From the NCBI RefSeq assembly GCF_051859625.1, contig NZ_JBHYFH010000003.1, positions 310,853 through 374,852 of the forward strand: DNA of 64,000 nucleotides. Reading direction: 5' to 3'. Positions within the stretch are counted from its first letter, which is position 1, and every line of letters begins with the position of its first letter. This document shows positions 23,316 through 33,891 of the stretch, in pieces. Under the pieces are notes generated by a model. It saw nothing but the letters and a program-made list of their open reading frames with translations. It searched no databases and was not told where the DNA came from. The stretch comes from Oceanicaulis sp. (lineage in GTDB: Bacteria; Pseudomonadota; Alphaproteobacteria; Caulobacterales; Maricaulaceae). The position numbers were made by a program, and so were the translations under genes.

Positions 23316-24218
23316 ATGGACACACGCTCATGCATTGTGGTCTCTGACGGGCGTCGGGGCATTGAAAATCAGGCGCTTGGCCTGGCCGAAGCGCTTGGGC
23401 GGCTGACCCCGCTCCAGATTCTTCCCATCCAGGCGCCTCGCACTGGACGCTTGCCGGAGCCGAGCATGATCGAGCCGGATCTATGGATCGGCTGCGGCCG
23501 GGCGGCGGTGCGCGCGGCGGCGCTGCATCGCCGGCGCTGGCGGCGCACGCGCTTTGTCTATGTGCAAAAGCCGCGCAGCCAGGCCGACCTCTTTGACCTC
23601 ATCATCGCGCCGCGCCATGACCGGATGCACGGACCGAACGTGCTCAATATTCTGGGATCGCCCAACCGCATCACGCCGCAGCGTTTGAACGAAGGCGCCA
23701 GCGCCTTCGCGGATCGGCTGGAAACCCTGCCCGGCCCGCACGCCGCCTTGCTGGTTGGCGGCGACAGCAAACATCACCGCTTCACCGACGCCGCCTGCGC
23801 GAACCTTCTGCACGAGGCGGATTCAATACGGCGTCAGTCGGGATCGCTGATGATCACCGTGTCGCGTCGCACGCCGCACGCCCTGACCGAGGCGCTGCGC
23901 AGTCGCTATGGCCAGGCCGAACGGGTCTGGTTTCATGATGGCGAAGGCCCCAATCCCTATTTCGCCTTTCTCGCGGCGGCGGACTGGATCTGCGTCACCG
24001 AGGACTCAACCAACATGCTGTGCGAGGCCGCCGCCACTGGCGCGCCAGTCTACCGGCTGGGCGTGGACGGCGATCCGGGCAAGTTCCGTCTGCTTTACGC
24101 CGGGCTTGAAGGCGTCGGCGCGGTGCGCCCCTATCTGGGCCGCCTGGAAAGCTGGAGCTATGATCCGCTTCACGAAACCGACAGGGCGGCGCACGCCGTG
24201 CTTGAAATTCTGGCCTAG
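23316..24218 (+). CDS. ELM1/GtrOC1 family protein
   Basis: SDGRRGIENQALGLAEAL, VQKPRS..DLFDLIIAPRHD, NPYFAFLAAADWICVTEDSTNMLCEA. Confidence 0.85.
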   Translation: MDTRSCIVVSDGRRGIENQALGLAEALGRLTPLQILPIQAPRTGRLPEPSMIEPDLWIGCGRAAVRAAALHRRRWRRTRFVYVQKPRSQADLFDLIIAPRHDRMHGPNVLNILGSPNRITPQRLNEGASAFADRLETLPGPHAALLVGGDSKHHRFTDAACANLLHEADSIRRQSGSLMITVSRRTPHALTEALRSRYGQAERVWFHDGEGPNPYFAFLAAADWICVTEDSTNMLCEAAATGAPVYRLGVDGDPGKFRLLYAGLEGVGAVRPYLGRLESWSYDPLHETDRAAHAVLEILA

Positions 24219-24311
24219 GAAGGCGACATCAGGGCCATCAAACCCGTTCCGCCTGCGCACGGCCCGCCTTAAGGGGCTGATGCGCGGCTCATGATCATGA
24301 AGGAGTCGGCC

Positions 24312-25289
24312 ATGGCCGAGACCCGTCACGCCAAGCTTGTCATCATCGGTTCCGGTTCCGCCGGCTATACCGCCGCGATCTACGCCGCTCGCGCCATGCT
24401 GGAGCCTCTGCTGATCGCAGGCATGCAGCCGGGCGGTCAGCTGACCATCACCACCGATGTCGAGAACTATCCCGGCTTCGCCGACCCCATCCAGGGTCCG
24501 TGGCTGATGGAGCAGATGAAGGCGCAGGCGGAAAACATGGGCACGGCCTTCGCTGATGACCTGATCGTCGACGCCGATCTCAGCGCCCGCCCGTTCAAGC
24601 TGACCGGCGATAGCGGCGTGGTCTACACCGCCGACGCCGTGGTCATCGCCACCGGCGCCAGCGCCAAATGGCTCGGCCTTGAAAGCGAGCAGGCGTATCA
24701 GGGCTATGGCGTCTCGGCCTGCGCCACATGCGACGGCTTCTTTTATCGCGACAAGGAAGTCTTCGTGGTCGGCGGCGGCAACACCGCTGTGGAAGAAGCG
24801 CTGTTTCTGACCAATTTCGCTTCGAAAGTGACGCTGGTGCACCGCCGCGATTCCCTGCGCGCGGAAAAGATCATGCAGGAACGCCTGTTCAACCACCCCA
24901 AGGTGGAAGTGGTCTGGGACAGCCAGCTTGAAGAGGTCACCGGCGAAGACAAGCCCGTCAAATCCGTCACCGGCGTCCGGCTGAAAAACGTCAAGACCGG
25001 CGAGATCGAGGACCGCCCCGCTGACGGCGTCTTCATCGCCATCGGCCACGCCCCGGCGACCGAGTTGTTCACCGGTCAGCTGGAAACCAAGGAAGGCGGC
25101 TATCTGGTCACCGCGCCCGATTCCACCTCCACAACGATCCCCGGCGTCTTCGCCGCAGGCGACGTGACCGACGACAAATACCGCCAGGCCATCACGGCGG
25201 CGGGCATGGGCTGCATGGCGGCGCTGGAAGCGGAACGCTATCTCGCCGCCCTCGACGCGGCGCGCGACAAGGCGTCTGACGCAGCCTAG
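24312..25289 (+). CDS. trxB: Thioredoxin reductase
   Basis: [46 protein letters not shown]. Confidence 0.97.
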   Translation: MAETRHAKLVIIGSGSAGYTAAIYAARAMLEPLLIAGMQPGGQLTITTDVENYPGFADPIQGPWLMEQMKAQAENMGTAFADDLIVDADLSARPFKLTGDSGVVYTADAVVIATGASAKWLGLESEQAYQGYGVSACATCDGFFYRDKEVFVVGGGNTAVEEALFLTNFASKVTLVHRRDSLRAEKIMQERLFNHPKVEVVWDSQLEEVTGEDKPVKSVTGVRLKNVKTGEIEDRPADGVFIAIGHAPATELFTGQLETKEGGYLVTAPDSTSTTIPGVFAAGDVTDDKYRQAITAAGMGCMAALEAERYLAALDAARDKASDAA

Positions 25290-25523
25290 CCACCCCGGTT
25301 TCAATTTGCGGGGCGCGGCTTCGATGATGCACGAGCGTGTGTGAGATCGACGACAGCGCCCCGCGCCCTGCCCATCCTGCACGGATGATTTTGGCCGCCT
25401 TGCAATGTGCAGGCGGCCTTTCTGGTGGGCCGGGAAAACCGCGACATGACACGAATTTCACTTGAAATGCGTGCGGTCACAACCACTTTGAATTTTGCAT
25501 TTTACACACGGGGGCGTGAGATC

Positions 25524-26732
25524 ATGAGCAAAGCGTGGAAACAAATGATTGTTGCAATCATGGCTTGGTTTCTAAGCAGTGCAGCCATGGCGAGCGCCCA
25601 GAATCAGCCCCCCTCATTTGAAACATTCGCGGCCTATACTGCTGATAGCGAAACAAGGATCGATTACCAGGTCTGGAGTGAAATGCTCGGAGCCATCACA
25701 TTTGATGTGGGCATGAGCGACCGGTACGTTCCAAGAGGCCGGATTATTGAAACAGGCAGCCGGATTACCGGGCAAAGCACCTCTCGTTATCGCACTGAGA
25801 GCAATCGAGTCATTTTTCACTTGCTCGAAGACTTTCACAAAGAAGCGATCAGTTCATATCGACAGGATCTGGAAGCCCTGCCAGACAACATGCCGCTTTC
25901 AAATCTGGGGCGGAACGAACAACTCGCCTACTGGATCAACTTGCACAACGTCATCGTCATTGACGAAATCGCCAAGCGCTATCCCTTACGCAATGTAGAC
26001 AGAATTCGACTTGATGACGGCGGCTCCCTGTACGAAGGCCATGTCACCACCATTCAGGGCGTCCCGCTCAGCCTGAACGATATCCGGTTAAATATCGTGG
26101 CCCGGTATTGGGATAACCCTGTTGTCTTGTACGGGTTCTTCTCCGGCGCAGTCAGCAGCCCCAGTCTTCAGGCGCGCGCCTATACCGGTACGAATGTGAT
26201 GCGTTTGCTGAACCGTAACGCCGAGGAATATGTGAACGCGCTGCGTGGGGTGGAAAACACCGCGCCGCCCTTGCGCGTGTCCCCGATGTATTTTGAAGCC
26301 CAACACATGTTCCCGAACTGGCCGCAGGACCTGATCGCCCATCTGGACAGCTTCGCCGATGATGATGTCGCTGAACTTCTTGATGATGCAGACCGGGTCG
26401 TCAGAAACCAATATGATTGGAATGTTGCCGACTTGACCAACGGGGCAGGCCCTTGCGGCGGCGGCGTTCGCAGAAATGTTCAAGAAGTGGCTGGCACATC
26501 CAGCGGTTCAGCAGGCGCGGCCGCCTCTCTGGGCGGATGCAATCCCGTCCCGCCCGTCACGCGTGACTTCATCGTGGATATTCAAGAACGCCGTTTGCGC
26601 TTGCTGCGCAGCGGTCAATTGGGACGCGTCATCGTGACGGATATCGCAACAGAGGATTCAGATCACTCTCGAAGCGGCGGCGCTCAGGGCCAACTTGTTG
26701 ACAGGGACGACAATCAACCCGAAGGGCGCTAA
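25524..26732 (+). CDS. Secreted DUF547-domain protein
   Basis: Signal peptide; QLAYWINLHNVIVI, LSLNDIR..IV; lower GC than neighbours. Confidence 0.75.
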   Translation: MSKAWKQMIVAIMAWFLSSAAMASAQNQPPSFETFAAYTADSETRIDYQVWSEMLGAITFDVGMSDRYVPRGRIIETGSRITGQSTSRYRTESNRVIFHLLEDFHKEAISSYRQDLEALPDNMPLSNLGRNEQLAYWINLHNVIVIDEIAKRYPLRNVDRIRLDDGGSLYEGHVTTIQGVPLSLNDIRLNIVARYWDNPVVLYGFFSGAVSSPSLQARAYTGTNVMRLLNRNAEEYVNALRGVENTAPPLRVSPMYFEAQHMFPNWPQDLIAHLDSFADDDVAELLDDADRVVRNQYDWNVADLTNGAGPCGGGVRRNVQEVAGTSSGSAGAAASLGGCNPVPPVTRDFIVDIQERRLRLLRSGQLGRVIVTDIATEDSDHSRSGGAQGQLVDRDDNQPEGR

Positions 26733-26772
26733 GGATACACACTCAGTCATTCCTAGACCCATGTAGGGTAAA

Positions 26773-27495
26773 ATGCCTTCTTCCCCCAGCAAGCAGACCG
26801 TTCTGTCGATCCAGAATCTGACGTTCGGATACACCGCCAATTCAACGGTCTTAAGCATCCAAGGGTTTGACGTTCAGGCGGGGGAGCGGATTTTCCTGCG
26901 CGGCGCCAGCGGGTCGGGCAAGTCCACTCTTCTGGGGCTGATCTCTGGCATTCTGACGCCGCGATCAGGCGATTTGAACATCCTGGGCCAGCCGATGCAG
27001 ACCCTGTCCCCGGCGGAGCGCGACGCGTTCCGTGCGGCGCATCTGGGCGTGATCTTCCAGATGTTCAACCTGCTGCCCTATTTGCCGGTGGGGGAAAACG
27101 TCATGCTGCCCTGCCGGTTCTCATCCGAGCGTGCGCGCCAGGCGGAAGCCGCCGGCGGCGAACAGGTCGAAGCGCATCGGCTGCTGGAACGCCTGGGTCT
27201 TGACGCCAAAGCGGTCTGGTCCCAGCGCGCCTCCAATCTCAGCGTCGGCCAGCAACAGCGCGTCGCCGCCGCTCGCGCCCTGATCGGCAAGCCGGGACTG
27301 ATCCTGGCGGACGAGCCGACCTCCGCGCTGGATGCGGACAGCCGCGACGCCTTCATCGCATTGCTCAAGGAGGAGTGCACCGCATCAGGCGCCGCCTTGG
27401 TGTTCGTCAGTCATGATGGCGGGCTCGCCGCGCAATTTGACCGCGCCATGGACCTGAGTGAAATCAACACCGCCAGTGCGAAGGAGACCGCATGA
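26773..27495 (+). CDS. ABC transporter ATPase (LolD/MacB-like)
   Basis: GASGSGKST, LSVGQQQR, ILADEPT. Confidence 0.92.
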   Translation: MPSSPSKQTVLSIQNLTFGYTANSTVLSIQGFDVQAGERIFLRGASGSGKSTLLGLISGILTPRSGDLNILGQPMQTLSPAERDAFRAAHLGVIFQMFNLLPYLPVGENVMLPCRFSSERARQAEAAGGEQVEAHRLLERLGLDAKAVWSQRASNLSVGQQQRVAAARALIGKPGLILADEPTSALDADSRDAFIALLKEECTASGAALVFVSHDGGLAAQFDRAMDLSEINTASAKETA

Positions 27496-28754
27496 TGGCG
27501 CGTCTGCCTGTCCTGAACCTCGCCTTGCGCTCCATCGCCAACCGCCGCGCCACCGCCATCCTGACCGTCCTGACCGTCGCCATTTCGGTGATGCTGTTTC
27601 TGGGCGTGGAAAAGGTGCGCCATGGCGCGCGTGAGAGCTTTGAGAACACCATCTCAGGAGTGGACCTGATCGTCGGCGCGCGCTCCAGCCCTGTGAACCT
27701 GCTGTTGTATTCAGTGTTCCATATCGGCGACGCCACCAACAACATCACCTGGGACAGCTATGAGACGGTGGCGAGCGCGCCGGGCGTGGCCTGGACCGTG
27801 CCGATCAGCCTGGGCGATTCCCATCGCGGATATCGGGTCATCGGGACGACGCCGACCTTGTTTGAGCACTACCAGTATGGCCGCGGCCGCCATCTGGAGT
27901 TCGCCAGCGGTCAGTCTTTCGACAGCCTGTTTGAAGCCGTGATCGGCGCCGCCGTCGCGCGCGAGCTGGGCTATCAGACCGGGGACGAGATCATTGTCGC
28001 CCATGGCATGGGCGAAGTCGGCTTTATTGAGCATGACAACAATCCGTTCACCGTGGTGGGCGTCCTGGCGCCGACCGGCACGCCGCTGGACCAGTCCGTC
28101 ATGGTCACTCTGGAAGCCATCGAAGCCATCCATCTGGGCGGCGCCACCGGATCCGGCGCCACAGTCTCCGCGGATGAATTGCGCGCCATGGACCTGACCC
28201 CGGACCAGCTGACCGCCTTTTTCGTGGGTCTGGACAGCCCGGTGGCGGCGCTGCGGCTGCAGCGCGCCATCAACACCTATCCCGAAGAGCCGCTCCAAGC
28301 GGTGATCCCCGGTGTCGCCCTTTCGCAGCTATGGAGCATTGTGGGCGTGGCGGAACGCACCCTCGCCGCTGTCGCGGCCTTTGTGGTGCTGACCGGTCTG
28401 GTGTCCATTCTGACCGCCATCCTGACCAGCCTGAACGAGCGGCGACGGGAAATGGCGATCCTGCGCGCCCTGGGCGCACGCCCCGGCCATGTCTTTGTCC
28501 TGCTGGTCGCTGAAGCGACTCTGGTCGCATTCGCCGGCGCCATTCTGGGCGCACTGGCGACCTATGGCGCGCTGAACCTGCTCTCCCCGTTTCTGGAAGC
28601 GCGGTTTGGCATCGTATTGCCGGGATTGCGGCCTGGCCTTTACGATTTGGCCATTGTCGGCGCCGTTACTGGGGCCGCAGCCATACTGGGCCTGTTTCCG
28701 GCCTGGCGCGCCTATCGCAACTCCCTCGCTGACGGCATGACGATCAAATTGTAA
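27492..28754 (+). CDS. ABC transporter permease, MacB/FtsX-like
   Basis: DLIVGARSSPVNLLLYSVFHIG, ERRREMAILRALGA; 4-nt overlap with the ATPase. Confidence 0.88.
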   Translation: MMARLPVLNLALRSIANRRATAILTVLTVAISVMLFLGVEKVRHGARESFENTISGVDLIVGARSSPVNLLLYSVFHIGDATNNITWDSYETVASAPGVAWTVPISLGDSHRGYRVIGTTPTLFEHYQYGRGRHLEFASGQSFDSLFEAVIGAAVARELGYQTGDEIIVAHGMGEVGFIEHDNNPFTVVGVLAPTGTPLDQSVMVTLEAIEAIHLGGATGSGATVSADELRAMDLTPDQLTAFFVGLDSPVAALRLQRAINTYPEEPLQAVIPGVALSQLWSIVGVAERTLAAVAAFVVLTGLVSILTAILTSLNERRREMAILRALGARPGHVFVLLVAEATLVAFAGAILGALATYGALNLLSPFLEARFGIVLPGLRPGLYDLAIVGAVTGAAAILGLFPAWRAYRNSLADGMTIKL

Positions 28755-28767
28755 AGGCGCTCCCCTC

Positions 28768-29661
28768 ATGGATTGGGACAAGCTCAAAACCTTCCACGCA
28801 GCCGCCGAAGTGGGATCGCTGACCGGCGCTGCGGAAGCTCTGGCGCTGTCGCAATCGGCCGTCAGCCGCCAGATTTCGGCGCTTGAAGGCGAGCTGGGGG
28901 TGAAGCTGTTTCATCGCCATACGCGCGGCCTGTTGCTGACCGAGCCGGGACGCGTTCTGTTTGAAGCCAGCAAGGATGTGGCGGGCAAGATCGCGCTCGC
29001 CGAAGCCAATGTGCTCGACTGCCGCGATGAACCCAGCGGATTGCTGCGGGTCACCGCGCCGACCGCCATGGGCGCCACCTGGCTGGCGCCGCGACTGGCG
29101 CGCTTTAATGCGCTCTATCCGCAAATTCGGGTGCGCTTGCTGCTGGTCGATCATGAACTCGATATTGCAAACCTCGAGGCGGATGTGGCGCTGCGCCCCT
29201 GGGCGGCGACCCAGAACGACTTGATCCAGCGCAAGCTGATGGTTGTGGACCAGCATTTGTATGCGTCAGAGGCCTATCTGCAGCGCAAGGGCGCGGTGGA
29301 GAGCTTTGACGATCTCGACCGCCATGACTTCGTCGGATACGGGCCGCGCAATCTCGCGCCGATCCCCAATCTGAACTGGCATCTCGATCTTGGCCGGGAG
29401 CCCGGTGAAAAACCGCGCGAAGCGCTGGCCGAGGCCAGCACCATTCACGGCATGATGCGGCTGGCCGAAGCCGGTCTGGGTCTGGTCGGCCTGCCCGATT
29501 ATGTGGCGCGTGAAAATGACAGGCTCAAACGCCTGTTTGACGCCATAGAAGGACCGCCGTTCGAGGTCTATCTGATTTTCCCTGAGGAATTGCGCGCGTC
29601 GCGCCGGGTGAAAGCCTTCCGGGATTTCATCATGGAAGAAGTCAAACTCTGGCGCGAGTAG
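28768..29661 (+). CDS. LysR-type regulator resembling LsrB/VtlR
   Basis: MDWDKLKTFHAAAEVGS...LSQSAVSRQISALE...KLFHRHTRGLLLTE; downstream of trxB as for rhizobial lsrB/vtlR. Confidence 0.85.
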   Translation: MDWDKLKTFHAAAEVGSLTGAAEALALSQSAVSRQISALEGELGVKLFHRHTRGLLLTEPGRVLFEASKDVAGKIALAEANVLDCRDEPSGLLRVTAPTAMGATWLAPRLARFNALYPQIRVRLLLVDHELDIANLEADVALRPWAATQNDLIQRKLMVVDQHLYASEAYLQRKGAVESFDDLDRHDFVGYGPRNLAPIPNLNWHLDLGREPGEKPREALAEASTIHGMMRLAEAGLGLVGLPDYVARENDRLKRLFDAIEGPPFEVYLIFPEELRASRRVKAFRDFIMEEVKLWRE

Positions 29662-29776
29662 CGATTTTGTCCCGTTAGAGGACGCTTTTACGCCAATTGC
29701 GACACGATTGCGGCGGGGGCCTGACACAATTGTTGCAGCCCCGCAAAAACGCATAACGGCTATGGCGAACGGGCTG

Positions 29777-29805
29777 TTGTCTCGCAAGCGGGTGAGAGGC
29801 ATATA
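29777..29805 (+). promoter_or_regulatory. Sigma70-type promoter for sRNA candidate 1
   Basis: TTGTCT-17 bp-CATATA. Confidence 0.55.
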
Positions 29806-29812
29806 CCCCCCG

Positions 29813-29918
29813 ACAGCAGGTGTTCATCTGCTTTCCCCTTTGAGCGCATACCGTCTCCTCCCCGATTAGGTATGCTAAACTGAGCCGGTCACCGCAGATG
29901 CGGGGCCGGCTCTTTTCT
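29813..29918 (+). ncRNA. sRNA candidate 1 (AbcR-like architecture)
   Basis: Hairpin AGCAG/CTGCT, single-stranded TTCCCCTTT, stem GCATACC/GGTATGC with CTCCTCCCC loop, terminator GAGCCGG...CCGGCTC-TTTT; no ORF. Confidence 0.65.
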
Positions 29919-29933
29919 TATTATATAAGGCTT

Positions 29934-30027
29934 AGTCAGCCGCCATGAACGTCATGGACGTGCGCACCCTCCCCCTCGAGCGCACGTACAGAAAACCCCG
30001 CCAGCGTCATCGCTGGCGGGGTTTTTC
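29934..30027 (+). ncRNA. sRNA candidate 2 (tandem)
   Basis: TATATA at 29922-29927, hairpin CCATGA/TCATGG, 8-bp stem ACGTGCGC/GCGCACGT with CCCTCCCCCT loop, terminator hairpin 29992-30026. Confidence 0.5.
29992..30027. terminator. Bidirectional terminator after dps
   Basis: AAAACCCCGCCAGCG-TCAT-CGCTGGCGGGGTTTTT. Confidence 0.85.
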
Positions 30028-30049
30028 ATGGTCGGCGGAGCTTGAAGTC

Positions 30050-30517
30050 CTAGCCCAGCGTCGCGCGCAGCATCCAGGCTGTTTTCTCATGCAGGGTGAT
30101 GCGCGGGGCGATCAGATCGGACGTCGCCTCATCGCCATGCTCTTCAGCCAGCTTCAGAGCGTCCCGCGCGGTGCGCACGACCTGTTCATGACCGGCCACG
30201 AGATTGGCGACCATGGTGTTGGCGTCCGGCGTGGAGCTGTCGTGCTTGATCTTCGCGGACGCGCCCATCTCTTCGTATGAGATCGGGGCGAGCACGCCCA
30301 GCGCCCGGATGCGTTCGGCGATGTCGTCAGTGGCCGTCCACAATTCTGTGTATTGCTCTTCAAACATCGTGTGCAGATCGTGAAACCGCGGTCCGGTGAC
30401 GTTCCAGTGATAGGCGTGCGTCTTGAAATAGAGCGCATACGTGTCCGCCAGGAGCGCCGTGACCGCCTTGGCCATGGTTTCGCGCTGCTCTTTGCTCAGG
30501 CCCATATTGATGTCCAT
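30050..30517 (-). CDS. dps: Dps family DNA-protecting ferritin-like protein
   Basis: KTHAYHWNVTGPRFHDLHTMFEEQY...DDIAERIRALG, HEKTAWML; AAAGGAGG RBS. Confidence 0.95.
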   Translation of the reverse strand: MDINMGLSKEQRETMAKAVTALLADTYALYFKTHAYHWNVTGPRFHDLHTMFEEQYTELWTATDDIAERIRALGVLAPISYEEMGASAKIKHDSSTPDANTMVANLVAGHEQVVRTARDALKLAEEHGDEATSDLIAPRITLHEKTAWMLRATLG

Positions 30518-30601
30518 TGCCGCCTCCTTTGCGGTGAATTCCATACCCACAATGTGGGGATGAACGCGCGCGAACGCCAACTGAGTTTTTGATAGAAACC
30601 T

Positions 30602-32428
<1,827 letters not shown>

Positions 32429-32620
32429 GGCGACATACTCCCGTGATCCATCGCCAGCCTAGCCCCCAGGTCATCGCGCACAACCGCCCCGCCCAGAAAT
32501 CAACACATTTGACCTCGCCTTCGCCCGATTTCAGCCCCGGAGCCGCCTCGTGACAGGCTGAGGCTGATTCATGTCCGGTTCATAAGCCGCACACTAGGCA
32601 GACCAAGGGAGGGCGAGACG

Positions 32621-32788
32621 ATGAAGCAGAACACATCCAGCATGGGCCTTCTGGGCCTCAGCCTCTCCGCGCTGTGCCTCGTCGCCGCCGCCTGGACGCT
32701 GTACGCCGGATCGGCCAGCGGCGCAGACTCCCTGTTTATCGCCAATGAGGCGCATCAAACGACAGTTCTCGGCGCCCTCAGCGACTGA
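32621..32788 (+). CDS. Small membrane/secreted protein, 55 aa (not in ORF track)
   Basis: GGGAGG RBS; MKQNTSSMGLLGLSLSALCLVAAAWTLYAG...; hydrophobic helix. Confidence 0.6.
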   Translation: MKQNTSSMGLLGLSLSALCLVAAAWTLYAGSASGADSLFIANEAHQTTVLGALSD

Positions 32789-32831
32789 TACGAGATTGAA
32801 ACCCCGGCGCAATGGCCTCATCTGTTGCGCT

Positions 32832-33800
32832 GTGAGTCTCTCCGCTTCCCCGCTCCCCGCCCTCAGCCCTGACCGGTTGCGCGACGCGATCCGGCGCAGC
32901 CTGCCGCTCGGGCTGGCGATCACACTGCACGTCGCGATGTTGGCGATCCTGATCCGCACCCCTCCGGCGGAACTCTTGCGGGTCACAAGCGTCATCGAAG
33001 GCCTGGATGTGCGCTTTTATACGGTCAGCGCACCGGACGCAGAAAGCGACGCCCGTCTGGTTGAGCCGCCCCTGGCGGACGTTGAACCGGACCCGGCGGC
33101 GTCTGAACCAGCGCCTGTAAACGAGGTCGCTGCCCCCGAGCCCGCTACCCCAGAGGGCGATGACAATGACTCTCCGGTGGAAGAGACGCCGCCGCTTGAC
33201 GAAACCGCAGCCGGTCCGGCCCCGGACGCAGCCGTTACAGATGACAGCCCCGCGACTCGGGCCGGTTCGCGCACTCCGGGTTCAGGTCAGATTGCTTCGC
33301 CACCCTCACCCTCTGCAAATGGTCCCGTAGCCACTACCCAGATCACCCCGCCGCCACCGCGAGCCGGCGCCCGAAGACCCAGCTTCGCCGATATTCTGGC
33401 GCGGACGGAAACCCGTCTGGACCCGGCCGATTTTCAGGTCGCCCTGTCTCTGAACGGCGTTGCTGGAACTGTGCGTGAGAGCTTCTGCCTGTCCTCATCG
33501 CAAGCCAATCTTGAAGCGGGAGCGTGTCCGGACGGCCCCAATGCGCGATCCGCCGAGCTGGCGCGCTTTGGATTGCAGGCCCTGGGCGAGGCGTCGCCGG
33601 AATTTATCGAGGACATGGATCGTATGGCGTTCCAGCTGCGGCAGCTGGGCGCAAACCCCTCCCAAGTCGAACGGATCATGCTGGCGCTGAGCGAGGCGCG
33701 CCGTGACGCCATCGCAACCCCCGGCGTCACCCGGGCCATGCAGCGCGATGCTGACAGCAGAACCGACAATCTGGGCAATCTGATCCCCGATCCGGATTGA
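32832..33800 (+). CDS. Hypothetical membrane-anchored protein with Pro/acidic linker
   Basis: TM LGLAITLHVAMLAILI, Pro/Glu/Ala-rich linker, folded C-terminus with two Cys; GTG start inferred. Confidence 0.6.
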   Translation: MSLSASPLPALSPDRLRDAIRRSLPLGLAITLHVAMLAILIRTPPAELLRVTSVIEGLDVRFYTVSAPDAESDARLVEPPLADVEPDPAASEPAPVNEVAAPEPATPEGDDNDSPVEETPPLDETAAGPAPDAAVTDDSPATRAGSRTPGSGQIASPPSPSANGPVATTQITPPPPRAGARRPSFADILARTETRLDPADFQVALSLNGVAGTVRESFCLSSSQANLEAGACPDGPNARSAELARFGLQALGEASPEFIEDMDRMAFQLRQLGANPSQVERIMLALSEARRDAIATPGVTRAMQRDADSRTDNLGNLIPDPD

Positions 33801-33891
33801 TCCTCGGCCAGACGCCGTTCACGCGAGTGATTAAGCGCCCGGCAACCCGAACGGTGAAGGCTTCCAAGTAGCGTTCCTGGAGGGTGTCCCA

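Noticed and set aside
25308-25430. Long imperfect inverted repeats after trxB
   Set aside because: No seed loop, promoter or U-tail; not enough to call an RNA gene.
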